The translations under genes were made by a program, and so were the position numbers. From the IMG/VR virus record IMGVR_UViG_3300008117_000001: a DNA stretch of 64,000 nucleotides; one strand, 5' to 3'. This stretch comes from a virus. Shown piece by piece: positions 1 through 8,018 of this stretch; within the stretch, counting starts at the first letter, position 1, and each line of letters begins with the position of its first letter. Below the pieces are notes generated by a model. That model searched no databases. It was not told the origin of the DNA and was given only the letters and a program-made list of their open reading frames with translations.

Positions 1-24
1 GATGTACATCGGAATCTGCAACAT
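1..24 (-). CDS. 5' end of a minus-strand gene running off the window (MLQIPMYI...)
   Basis: ATG at 24 on the minus strand preceded by a strong RBS AAAGAAAGGAGG; only 8 codons visible. Confidence 0.4.
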
Positions 25-73
25 TGCACACCTCCTTTCTTTGGTGTAAGGATTTGACCCAGTGTCTATCCTC

Positions 74-114
74 AAAAAAGAAGTTCCCCCAGGATCCGAA
101 GATCCCAGGGGAAC
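74..114 (-). terminator. Intrinsic terminator with cUUCGg tetraloop
   Basis: Minus strand GTTCCCCTGGGATC-TTCG-GATCCTGGGGGAAC (14-bp stem, two G-U pairs) followed by TTCTTTTTT, downstream of ORF 150..458. Confidence 0.8.
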
Positions 115-149
115 AACTCTTCTTGCATCTGCCCTACCAGATGCTTTTG

Positions 150-458
150 TTAACGTGCGGAATGGATCGTGTTGACCCAGTACCACATGCCACTATGATA
201 GTCATAGCCCATCTCCTGAGTAACAGTGACCATACGGCCACTGTACTCCTTGTTCATCCACGCGGGTGAGTCGTGGGTGTGTGTAAAGATCTGGAAGTCA
301 CAGGAGTCAGCACCGGGGAGGGTGGAATGAATCCACACTTCCTTGCCGGTATGACACCCATACTTACCAGTGTACGTACGCCTTCTCGGAAGGACATTGC
401 CCTCCCGATCTGTCGCATACTTACCGATCACGTCTACAAACTGCAAAATGTGAGACAT
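150..458 (-). CDS. Small hypothetical protein (102 aa)
   Basis: RBS AGGAAAGGTAGG before ATG, terminator downstream; no recognisable domain. Confidence 0.7.
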   Translation of the reverse strand: MSHILQFVDVIGKYATDREGNVLPRRRTYTGKYGCHTGKEVWIHSTLPGADSCDFQIFTHTHDSPAWMNKEYSGRMVTVTQEMGYDYHSGMWYWVNTIHSAR

Positions 459-916
459 GACTACCTACCTTTCCTGTTTATTACACATTTCTTTAACGAT
501 AGCAACGTGTTCATCGGAGCTGTCCTTTTATGCTGCATACCTGCACCACTGTAGGGAGTGGACGACCGCTCATTGTCGTTCCTAGCAAGGGTATACCCCA
601 TGGGGGGGTGGCCTCGTTAAAACTTTAAGAGACACATATATACCCATTATCTCCCCCCTATATTTTTTTTCTTATTTTTATCTTAATAAGACTATATATG
701 TTTATACACCCTCGAGTTTAGAAAAGCTCGCAACATGTGAGATTCGTTTCGGTTCAAAAATTTTTCCCTACACAGAATCGCCCGCAAGAAATTTTTTTGG
801 ATATTATTCGCATATGTGTTGCAAGTAATGCTGTAGGTAGCTATAGTTCTACATGTCCGGTTATTGAGGCCGGCGAACATCACTCACTCAATGCTTAACA
901 TAGAAAAGGAATAATA

Positions 917-1006
917 ATGAATTCATATATGGATTGCCCACACTGTGGTACAGAGTTTATTATGAAAGTTTGGTGGTATGGCGAACACAGAGTTTGCTGT
1001 TCTTGA
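917..1006 (+). CDS. Tiny Cys-rich ORF (29 aa, MNSYMDCPHCGTEFIMKVWWYGEHRVCCS), possible Zn ribbon
   Basis: AAGGA RBS upstream; CPHC...CC; below ORF-track cutoff. Confidence 0.35.
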   Translation: MNSYMDCPHCGTEFIMKVWWYGEHRVCCS

Positions 1007-1079
1007 TCAATATAATTCTCATGTATCAAGCAATGAGGTGTATGAGGAGATGGGCTGGGAATCTGGCTACGACTACTGA
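978..1079 (+). CDS. Tiny acidic ORF (33 aa, MANTEFAVLDQ...MGWESGYDY)
   Basis: GGTGG-ATG, overlaps previous tiny ORF, ends before the terminator hairpin. Confidence 0.35.
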   Translation: MANTEFAVLDQYNSHVSSNEVYEEMGWESGYDY

Positions 1080-1103
1080 GTTTTTTCTCTAATAGTCTCT
1101 AGA

Positions 1104-1150
1104 CAAAACGAAAAGGGGTAGGAGCAACGTTACTGTTACTCCTACCCCTT
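1104..1150 (-). terminator. Intrinsic terminator between convergent genes
   Basis: Perfect 12-bp arms AAGGGGTAGGAG (1113-1124) / CTCCTACCCCTT (1139-1150); minus strand followed by TTCGTTTTG. Confidence 0.8.
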
Positions 1151-1179
1151 AAAAATTTTTTGCCGCCGAATAACTATAT

Positions 1180-2745
1180 TTAGCCTACTTGTTGTTCTCC
1201 TCTACGTCTATTTATTCCATACAGTAATCCTAGTCCTCCGGCTACCACTCCAGCTGATAGTGAGTGTGATGACATCAATTTTTGTACTGTTCTAGCAGAG
1301 ATGGGTTTTTTGCTGGTTACCTTGGTGATGGCTTGAGCTGAGTCGTCTAGCATGTTACCGGCAGCTGAGAGAGCTGATGATATTTGTCCGGCGACTTGGG
1401 AAGAGTCGTCTATGGCTGCAGCTGTTGAACCTAAGGCTTTGCTAGCTATTTTGCGTTGAGAGGCTTCGTCTAAGGATTGTTCTATGGCAGCATATCCGGG
1501 ATGATATGTTAGGTCACCGTATGCGATACCGCCACGTAGCCTTTCACCAGCTTTTGTGAGAGCACCAGCGATTCTGCTGTCTCCAACTTCTAGTCTTTCA
1601 TATTGTTTCAAATATCTTTGGGATAGATCTAAAACTTGTCTATCAGAAATGTTGTTGATGGAAACTCTTTTTCCGCGTATAGTTCTTTGTTTTGCACCTT
1701 GAAAAACATTAAGTCTTTGTTCTGGGCTCATATTAAGTAATCTGTTTTGTTCATAGAATATTTCGTTTTCAATATAAGCGTCTTCAACAATTTTCCTGTT
1801 AGCTTCTACACCAATGTTAAAAAAGGCTTCATCGCTAAAAGCTGACATTTCTTTACCTAAAAGTTTTCTCATCTTACTTTTACTGATACCAGGATTTTGT
1901 TCAGCGATCCTTTGACGCAACAAATTTCTTCTATTGTATATGCCCTCATCTATAAAAAAGTCTCTACTGTTTATAGCATCAATGTACCCTTGTGAGGATT
2001 TGGGTCCAGGATCAGGTTTACCTAAAGTTCCTCTAGCTGACTTTACTTGGTTATTGAAAATAGATCTACCCCTTCTTGTTCCAACGGATCGAGCAACAAT
2101 ATCTATCATCTCCTGTTCAGCTTCAGGATTATTTACAAGTTTAATTAAAGCTTCACTACGATTGATAGAAGGAGGAGTTTTTTTACCAGTTTTTAAAGTA
2201 GTATCTTTTTTTGTACTTTTACTTTTCGGAGATTTCAAAGCATCATCGATAGTTTTAGTCGACGGATTCACCTGTTGAGGATCAGGAATGTTTTGTTGAA
2301 CACTAGGAGCAGCAGCACCGGCAGATGGTTGGCTGGCAGCAGTTTGCGCTGCTACGTCTTTAACCCAGGCGGTTCCATTCCAAGTGTAACCCTGAGCAGC
2401 CATTTGTGCTTGCTCATGTAAACCCGGAGTATACTTGACTCGAGGGCCAAGTCGAAAATTCTTAGCATCAAACTTTTTCCCAGTAGCTACGTTATTAACA
2501 ATATTACCAGAAGGCGCCTGAGAAGGCGCAGAAGCACTCTTCAGCGAACTCAGCTCCGCTTTAGCCTGTTTAATATTTATTTCACCAATACCACCCTGAT
2601 GAAAAACAATCTTACCTTTTTTATTGACGCCACCAATAACTTGACCCGGCGAAGCATTAGCTACAGCAGCAGCAAAATCTTTCCAGTTATCAAAATACTG
2701 CAGGCCAAGCTTATTCAGCTCATCCAACTTAGGGTTACTGGCCAT
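1180..2745 (-). CDS. Putative virion-internal/ejected protein, Ala/Gly/Lys-rich, C-terminal membrane helix plus basic tail
   Basis: 521 aa; C-terminus SAGVVAGGLGLLYGINRRRGEQQVG; adjacent to upstream gene 2748..3038. Confidence 0.75.
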   Translation of the reverse strand: MASNPKLDELNKLGLQYFDNWKDFAAAVANASPGQVIGGVNKKGKIVFHQGGIGEINIKQAKAELSSLKSASAPSQAPSGNIVNNVATGKKFDAKNFRLGPRVKYTPGLHEQAQMAAQGYTWNGTAWVKDVAAQTAASQPSAGAAAPSVQQNIPDPQQVNPSTKTIDDALKSPKSKSTKKDTTLKTGKKTPPSINRSEALIKLVNNPEAEQEMIDIVARSVGTRRGRSIFNNQVKSARGTLGKPDPGPKSSQGYIDAINSRDFFIDEGIYNRRNLLRQRIAEQNPGISKSKMRKLLGKEMSAFSDEAFFNIGVEANRKIVEDAYIENEIFYEQNRLLNMSPEQRLNVFQGAKQRTIRGKRVSINNISDRQVLDLSQRYLKQYERLEVGDSRIAGALTKAGERLRGGIAYGDLTYHPGYAAIEQSLDEASQRKIASKALGSTAAAIDDSSQVAGQISSALSAAGNMLDDSAQAITKVTSKKPISARTVQKLMSSHSLSAGVVAGGLGLLYGINRRRGEQQVG

Positions 2746-2747
2746 GG

Positions 2748-3038
2748 TCAGCTCATATCTCTAGGATCAATAACAACATTCATAATCACATTGTCATCGG
2801 CAAGCTCACGAACAACATCGCAAACATCACGACATGTCAATTCACAAATATCCATAACCATAGCCCACTCATCATGAGAAAAAATACAGAAAACCAAATA
2901 ACCATCAGGTTCACCCTGAACAGTCACAACATACTCAGACTGGTTATCTTCCAGAAAATGGGCGAACGAATAAAACTCAGCAGGGTCAGCATTAACCTTG
3001 TCTTTAAAGAAATCAAGTATTCTACGAACAAAATCCAT
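2748..3038 (-). CDS. Small acidic hypothetical protein (96 aa)
   Basis: Clean ORF; GGGTGGTG RBS-like; TACTAT motif 21 nt upstream. Confidence 0.75.
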   Translation of the reverse strand: MDFVRRILDFFKDKVNADPAEFYSFAHFLEDNQSEYVVTVQGEPDGYLVFCIFSHDEWAMVMDICELTCRDVCDVVRELADDNVIMNVVIDPRDMS

Positions 3039-3074
3039 AACACCACCCTTAGTTATGGAATATAGTACCGTAAA

Positions 3075-3167
3075 TCAGCCTACAATATCACGAACAGAAC
3101 TAAACAACAACAAAACCCTTAAATACGCAGCGACCTGCAAATCAGCCTCACTCATCATCTGAGTCAT
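3075..3167 (-). CDS. Tiny ORF (30 aa, MTQMMSEADLQVAAYLRVLLLFSSVRDIVG)
   Basis: GGGAGG RBS before ATG; fills gap between recA and 3038 gene. Confidence 0.4.
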   Translation of the reverse strand: MTQMMSEADLQVAAYLRVLLLFSSVRDIVG

Positions 3168-3302
3168 CAGCTTCCTCCCAACAATCACCACAGTCTCTAC
3201 ATTTTATAAAAAAAATTTTCTGACCGTTGTCATTTCCCGAGGAAATAATAAAATTGGGAGGATAAGAACATTCTGAACAAGTTATAGGTTCAAACTTCAT
3301 TG

Positions 3303-4322
3303 CTAGCCTTTGATCGCACTCACTATCTCTGGAGAATCCTTCAACTTCTCAATAGCATTATCTCTACCTTGAGAAAAGTTTTCACCGTTATAGTAAACCC
3401 ATGCGCCTTTTTGAGTAAGAATTCCCTTATCAATTCCTAGATCAAAAATACATCCAAACTCATCAATGCCACGTGCGTAAACAATATCGAATTCAACGAC
3501 TTTCATTGGCGGAGCCATCTTATTCTTAATGATCTTAGCTTTGACTTTGATACCAGTAGGATCGCCGTGCTTATCTTTCAGATCTTCCTTCTTGCGCACA
3601 TCAATGCGAACAGAAGCTGCATACTTCAATGCAAAACCACCAGGAGTTGTCTCCGGATTGCCGAACATTACACCAATCTTGTTTCTTAGCTGATTAATGA
3701 AAATAATCAAAGTATCATGCTGAGAAGCTAAACCAGTAAGCTTACGCATAGCCTTAGCCATCATGCGTGCCTGTAGTCCCATCTGCATTTGTTCCATCTC
3801 TCCATCAAGCTCTGCTTTGGGAACAAGAGCGGCGACAGAGTCAATAACAATGAGACCTATGTCGCCAGTTCTCAGCAATCTATCAGCAATGTCAAACCCT
3901 TGCTCGCCATAGTCAGGCTGTGCAAGCAGAAGGTTATCTAAATCGATTCCAACGGCCTGCATGTACACAGGGTCAAGAGCATGCTCAGCGTCGATGTATG
4001 CGCACGTGAGGCCCATTTGCTGGGCCTTGGCGACAGCTGTCAGAGCAAGCGTAGACTTACCTGAGGACTCTGGCCCAAATATCTCTACAACTCTACCACG
4101 AGGCAATCCTCCAATGCCTAAAGCGTGGTCAAGTGTTAGTGCCCCTGTTGGAATCGATGACCATGGCTTAACGTTTGTTGAACCAAGTTTGATGACTGCG
4201 CCAGAACCATACTGCTTCTGCAGTTGCGCAATTGCTAGCTCTAAAGCTTTTGAGTCTTCTTTGAGAGTTTTCTTGATGCCCGAAGCGTTTTCATTTTCAA
4301 CGGACGTTGTTTCTTCTGTCAT
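3303..4322 (-). CDS. recA: RecA recombinase
   Basis: GRVVEIFGPESSGKST Walker A, YIDAEHALDP, IVIDSVAALVPKAELDGEM, INQLRNKIGVMFGNPETTPGG, KNKMAPP. Confidence 0.97.
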   Translation of the reverse strand: MTEETTSVENENASGIKKTLKEDSKALELAIAQLQKQYGSGAVIKLGSTNVKPWSSIPTGALTLDHALGIGGLPRGRVVEIFGPESSGKSTLALTAVAKAQQMGLTCAYIDAEHALDPVYMQAVGIDLDNLLLAQPDYGEQGFDIADRLLRTGDIGLIVIDSVAALVPKAELDGEMEQMQMGLQARMMAKAMRKLTGLASQHDTLIIFINQLRNKIGVMFGNPETTPGGFALKYAASVRIDVRKKEDLKDKHGDPTGIKVKAKIIKNKMAPPMKVVEFDIVYARGIDEFGCIFDLGIDKGILTQKGAWVYYNGENFSQGRDNAIEKLKDSPEIVSAIKG

Positions 4323-4357
4323 TAAATCCTACCAATCCTCAGCTTGATGACACATAG

Positions 4358-4366
4358 ATTATACCA
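4358..4366 (-). promoter_or_regulatory. Extended -10 promoter (TGGTATAAT) for recA
   Basis: Consensus TGnTATAAT 35 nt upstream of recA ATG. Confidence 0.65.
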
Positions 4367-4405
4367 CGAAAAGCTAGACGTCCCCAACCAAATGTCCAGG
4401 ACTGA

Positions 4406-4414
4406 TGGTATAAT
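4406..4414 (+). promoter_or_regulatory. Extended -10 promoter (TGGTATAAT), divergent from recA
   Basis: Consensus TGnTATAAT upstream of AGGAG RBS and 53-aa ORF. Confidence 0.65.
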
Positions 4415-4449
4415 ATACCATAGTTTTTACATTATCGATTAGGAGTTAT

Positions 4450-4611
4450 ATGGAAAAGAAAATTAGAGTTGACGAACAACTACACCTAGCATTGTATCTT
4501 CTGAAGAACCGTTTTGACACACCGGTTGACTTAATTAAGTATTGGGCCTTTTCCGGGCCATGCCTAGAAGCTCATCCTTCTATAGAAGATTTTTCCCCAG
4601 AAAGAAACTAA
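4450..4611 (+). CDS. Small hypothetical protein (53 aa, MEKKIRVDEQLHLALYLLKNRF...)
   Basis: Extended -10 and AGGAG RBS; below ORF-track cutoff. Confidence 0.65.
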   Translation: MEKKIRVDEQLHLALYLLKNRFDTPVDLIKYWAFSGPCLEAHPSIEDFSPERN

Positions 4612-4669
4612 CAACATTTTGCGCTTTGTGTTGATTGAACTTGACACACTGTGATAAGCTAGCCATGAT

Positions 4670-4770
4670 CCCCCCTTCCCCCCTTCCCCCCTTACTATAT
4701 ACATATATAGTTACTATATACCTATATACTTATATGGTAATATATAATAATATACTCTATATAAGAGAAC
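4670..4770. repeat. (CCCCCCTT)x3 tandem repeat followed by TA-rich palindromic tract
   Basis: 4670-4693 three exact C6T2 units; 4694-4711 ACTATATA-CA-TATATAGT inverted repeat; further TATATA runs. Confidence 0.85.
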
Positions 4771-4792
4771 GTGCCCATGAAAGAGGTAGTCG

Positions 4793-6211
4793 ATGAACAT
4801 CTATCAAATATTCATACCCGAACTCGGCACTAATGTTAAATTTAAAGTTTTACCAGTAAAAGATCTAGAAGAGTTTGTTAAAAAAAATAAGAGCGCAAAA
4901 GATTTAAGAAAAAAGATATTACAATTCATTGTTTATAATTTAACAACAGATGTTGCTGCCGCCTTAGCCTCAATGTCTAGAGAAGCAGCAGAACGAGCAC
5001 TAGAAGCTGTTTACGCTGGCTGCGTTATGTTGAACCCAAGTTTGGATGTTGAATACTGGCTAAACATAGCTTACTCAACAAATCCAGCCAAGTTTTCCGA
5101 TGGACCAGGTAAAGATTATAATATTGATCAAATTAAAAAATTTCTACGTCAGGCAGAAGCGAAAACAAAATCTACACCTACACCATCTAAGGTGAAGAAA
5201 CTGAACAAGCAAAAGTTCCTAGGGCTAGAGCAATATCTTAAAGACAATGTGATAGGGCAGGACGAGGCAATTGATGAAGTTGTTTCAGCCCTTTTTAGGT
5301 CTCAGGCAGATCTAAATGATCCCAATAGACCACTAGGTGTTTTCTTATTTGCCGGAAGCTCAGGTGTTGGAAAAACTCATTTAGCTAACGCTCTACATAA
5401 ATATCTTTTTGACAGCGAATCATCCATGGTCAGAATAGACTGTGGAGAGTATCAGCATAAGCATGAAAACCAAAAGCTTCTGGGTTCACCACCAGGATAC
5501 ATAGGCCATGATGATGGTGGCCAGCTTACTAATCAAATTAAGAAAAACCCAAACACAGTCGTTTTGATTGACGAAGTAGAAAAAGCGCACGCTGATATCT
5601 GGAATACATTTTTAAGAATATTTGACGAAGGAATGGTTACAGACTCTAAGGGTGAAACTGTCAACTTCAGAAATTGTATTATTATTTTAACTACCAATCT
5701 AGGAAATGATAAAACAGTTGATCATATGATTTCTACCGGCGCCGGCTTTACCCGTAACGTTGTTTTTAAAAGAGAAACCAGAGAAGTTCCAGCAAGATCA
5801 GTTGTGCAGAAAAATGCTAATGAAGCAATTAATAAATACTTTAAACCAGAACTTATAAATAGATTAGATAAAATTGTTATTTTTAATCATTTAAATTATG
5901 AAAATTGCCAAAAAATAGCACAAATGGAAATGAATCTTATAGCAGATAAATTATCCAGAAAAGGCTTGTCAATAGCATACACTGACAATGTTATAAACGC
6001 CCTGATAGACAAGGGTATAGATACAGTAAAAGGAGCAAGAGGTATCTCTCAGATAAGAAGAGATGTTATAGAAACGCCATTAGCTAAAACAATTGTTAAT
6101 AGCAGCATACCAAAAGGTACTATATTTTATATTGACTATCTTGATGATAGTTTTACTTTTGATTTTCAAAAACCAATAAAGAAAAAAATATCACCTAATA
6201 ACGAGGTATAA
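4793..6211 (+). CDS. ClpB/ClpA-like AAA+ ATPase, second AAA (D2) module only, with unrelated N-terminal domain
   Basis: VIGQDEAI, Walker A GSSGVGKT, pore loop GSPPGYIG, Walker B VLIDEVEKAH, ILTTN, PELINRLD, GARG. Confidence 0.9.
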   Translation: MNIYQIFIPELGTNVKFKVLPVKDLEEFVKKNKSAKDLRKKILQFIVYNLTTDVAAALASMSREAAERALEAVYAGCVMLNPSLDVEYWLNIAYSTNPAKFSDGPGKDYNIDQIKKFLRQAEAKTKSTPTPSKVKKLNKQKFLGLEQYLKDNVIGQDEAIDEVVSALFRSQADLNDPNRPLGVFLFAGSSGVGKTHLANALHKYLFDSESSMVRIDCGEYQHKHENQKLLGSPPGYIGHDDGGQLTNQIKKNPNTVVLIDEVEKAHADIWNTFLRIFDEGMVTDSKGETVNFRNCIIILTTNLGNDKTVDHMISTGAGFTRNVVFKRETREVPARSVVQKNANEAINKYFKPELINRLDKIVIFNHLNYENCQKIAQMEMNLIADKLSRKGLSIAYTDNVINALIDKGIDTVKGARGISQIRRDVIETPLAKTIVNSSIPKGTIFYIDYLDDSFTFDFQKPIKKKISPNNEV

Positions 6212-6213
6212 AA

Positions 6214-6717
6214 ATGGCCATGAATCCAAGAAAACTTGCAGCTATGCAAAGGCTTGCTAGAGAGGGCGTTGGTGGAGAACGAAGTGCAGCGCAAGCAGCT
6301 TTGGCGCGCCTCGGTATGCCAGCCTCAACTGGCAATTTGCCTGCAAGAATGGGAGCAAGTTCACCTAGGCCGATAGCTGCTATAGGTCCAGCTGGAGGAA
6401 TGACAAGAGCTAGCGCTCCACCCTTGAGAGGTGGAAGGACTGCAATAGGCACTGCAAATAGAGGACCACTAGCAATAGGTCCAGGCTCTGGAGGTGGCGC
6501 TCTAGTTAGAAGTACAGGCGGAGGTGGCGGAATGAAGCCACCGAACCTTGGTGGCAAAATGCCGGGAGCTAATAATATTCCTGGTCCAAAAAATCCACGG
6601 TTCTCTAGAAAGACACTATTAGGAATGGGATTAGGATTAGGTGTTGCAGCTGGCGTGGCAATGAATAGAAGAGGGGAAGGCGCTTCGTCAGGAAGACAGT
6701 CAATATATAAATATTAA
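6214..6717 (+). CDS. Gly/Ala/Pro/Arg-rich protein with C-terminal membrane helix; putative virion-internal protein
   Basis: 167 aa low complexity; LLGMGLGLGVAAGVAMNRRGE tail. Confidence 0.75.
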   Translation: MAMNPRKLAAMQRLAREGVGGERSAAQAALARLGMPASTGNLPARMGASSPRPIAAIGPAGGMTRASAPPLRGGRTAIGTANRGPLAIGPGSGGGALVRSTGGGGGMKPPNLGGKMPGANNIPGPKNPRFSRKTLLGMGLGLGVAAGVAMNRRGEGASSGRQSIYKY

Positions 6718-6735
6718 AAACGATAGTTAGGAATT

Positions 6736-7158
6736 ATGATGAATGATTGGAAGAAGTTTACAGATGTTAATGGTGATTTTCAGTTAGCAAATTTTCTGTA
6801 TAAAACAATAAATGATTTAATGAAACAGTCTTTAGATATGGGGACACTACTTTCTAATGATCCTCAGAAACTTCGTGCGTTTAAAGAACAAACCAAAAAG
6901 CTCTTTAAATCTAAATGGTTTGAAATAGCTGACTCTTTTGAGTTCTTTGACATAATCGAAAAGTGCTCGTGCTTTAATGAAGAAAAAGATTTTTATTGCG
7001 AAATATGCAAAGGGTCAAGATACAAGATATCTCCCTATTTAACATCAGATGAAATCAGAGAAGTAGGCATTTTCTATAACGCAATCCAGAATGCAGAAGT
7101 AGCCAGTAAACTACAGAAGGGTTTAATGAAGGCTCTAGATGAATTGTCCGAGATGTAA
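6736..7158 (+). CDS. Hypothetical protein with CxC...CxxC Zn-binding motif
   Basis: KCSCF...YCEICKG; AGGA RBS. Confidence 0.75.
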   Translation: MMNDWKKFTDVNGDFQLANFLYKTINDLMKQSLDMGTLLSNDPQKLRAFKEQTKKLFKSKWFEIADSFEFFDIIEKCSCFNEEKDFYCEICKGSRYKISPYLTSDEIREVGIFYNAIQNAEVASKLQKGLMKALDELSEM

Positions 7159-7324
7159 TGGCATGGTCCAAACTGTAACTGAATATTTTGACTTTGCAAA
7201 ACAATATTTAGTAAGAGACACATATTGTTCACGTTGCAAAAGTGTTACAATAGAGAGGTTTCATTCCGATAGTTCTTATGATAGTGAGTGGATTGATTTA
7301 AATGAGCAACATAGAAAAGAGTGA
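7139..7324 (+). CDS. Small Zn-ribbon protein (61 aa)
   Basis: CPRC...CSRC; overlaps neighbours. Confidence 0.65.
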   Translation: MNCPRCNGMVQTVTEYFDFAKQYLVRDTYCSRCKSVTIERFHSDSSYDSEWIDLNEQHRKE

Positions 7325-8018
7325 CAAGGGAAAATTTTTAAAAGATTTTGAATCCCTGCGACCAGATTTGTTCTTTCCTGAAACATGGACAGATGAAGAA
7401 AAAGAAAAGGCCGTTGAATTAGTCCGGCCACAAAAAACCAGAACGTCAATGTTCTCGTCTATTCCGATGAATTGTGAAGCGCATAAATGCACATTCGCAG
7501 ACACATGCCCCTTGCTGAAAGAAAACCTTGCTCCAAGAGGAAAGCCCTGCCCTATAGAAATGTCTATAGTAGCTCAGTTCACTAAAGAGTATATGGAGCA
7601 ACTTGACGTTCATCCCGACAACTTGGTAGAGGTTTCAATGGTCAGAGATCTTGTAGATCAAGAAGTGCAGTATATTCGTAAAACAAAACTTTTGGCTAAA
7701 GAACATTTTATTCAAGAAAATATTATAGGTGTAGACAATGATGGTCAGCCAATATTGAAGAAAGAGTTACACTTAGCTGTAGATTTAGAGGACAGATTAC
7801 ATAAGCGTAGAAAAGATTTAAGAAATCAACTCCTTGCAACTAGAGAGGCTAAAGCAAAGGTTGGTCAAGCGCAGCTCGATAGTGCGCAAGCAATATCTGA
7901 CATACTTTATAAAGTTCAATCTTTAGAGAATCAAAGAGAGAAAGTTCTCAAGCAAAAGTTGGGCATTTATGATAAAGATGATTATATTGAGATAGATTTG
8001 CCGAAAGATATTGATTAA
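7302..8018 (+). CDS. Putative terminase small subunit-like protein with 4-Cys cluster
   Basis: CEAHKCTFADTCP...PCP; helical region ending LLATREAKAK reminiscent of P27-type TerS; same operon as TerL. Confidence 0.5.
   Translation: MSNIEKSDKGKFLKDFESLRPDLFFPETWTDEEKEKAVELVRPQKTRTSMFSSIPMNCEAHKCTFADTCPLLKENLAPRGKPCPIEMSIVAQFTKEYMEQLDVHPDNLVEVSMVRDLVDQEVQYIRKTKLLAKEHFIQENIIGVDNDGQPILKKELHLAVDLEDRLHKRRKDLRNQLLATREAKAKVGQAQLDSAQAISDILYKVQSLENQREKVLKQKLGIYDKDDYIEIDLPKDID

Noticed and set aside
531-587. tRNA gene or pistol/hammerhead ribozyme
   Set aside because: No TTCRA T-loop, 7-bp acceptor stem or CCA; no CUGAUGA/GAAA core or pistol linker; kept only as unclassified structure
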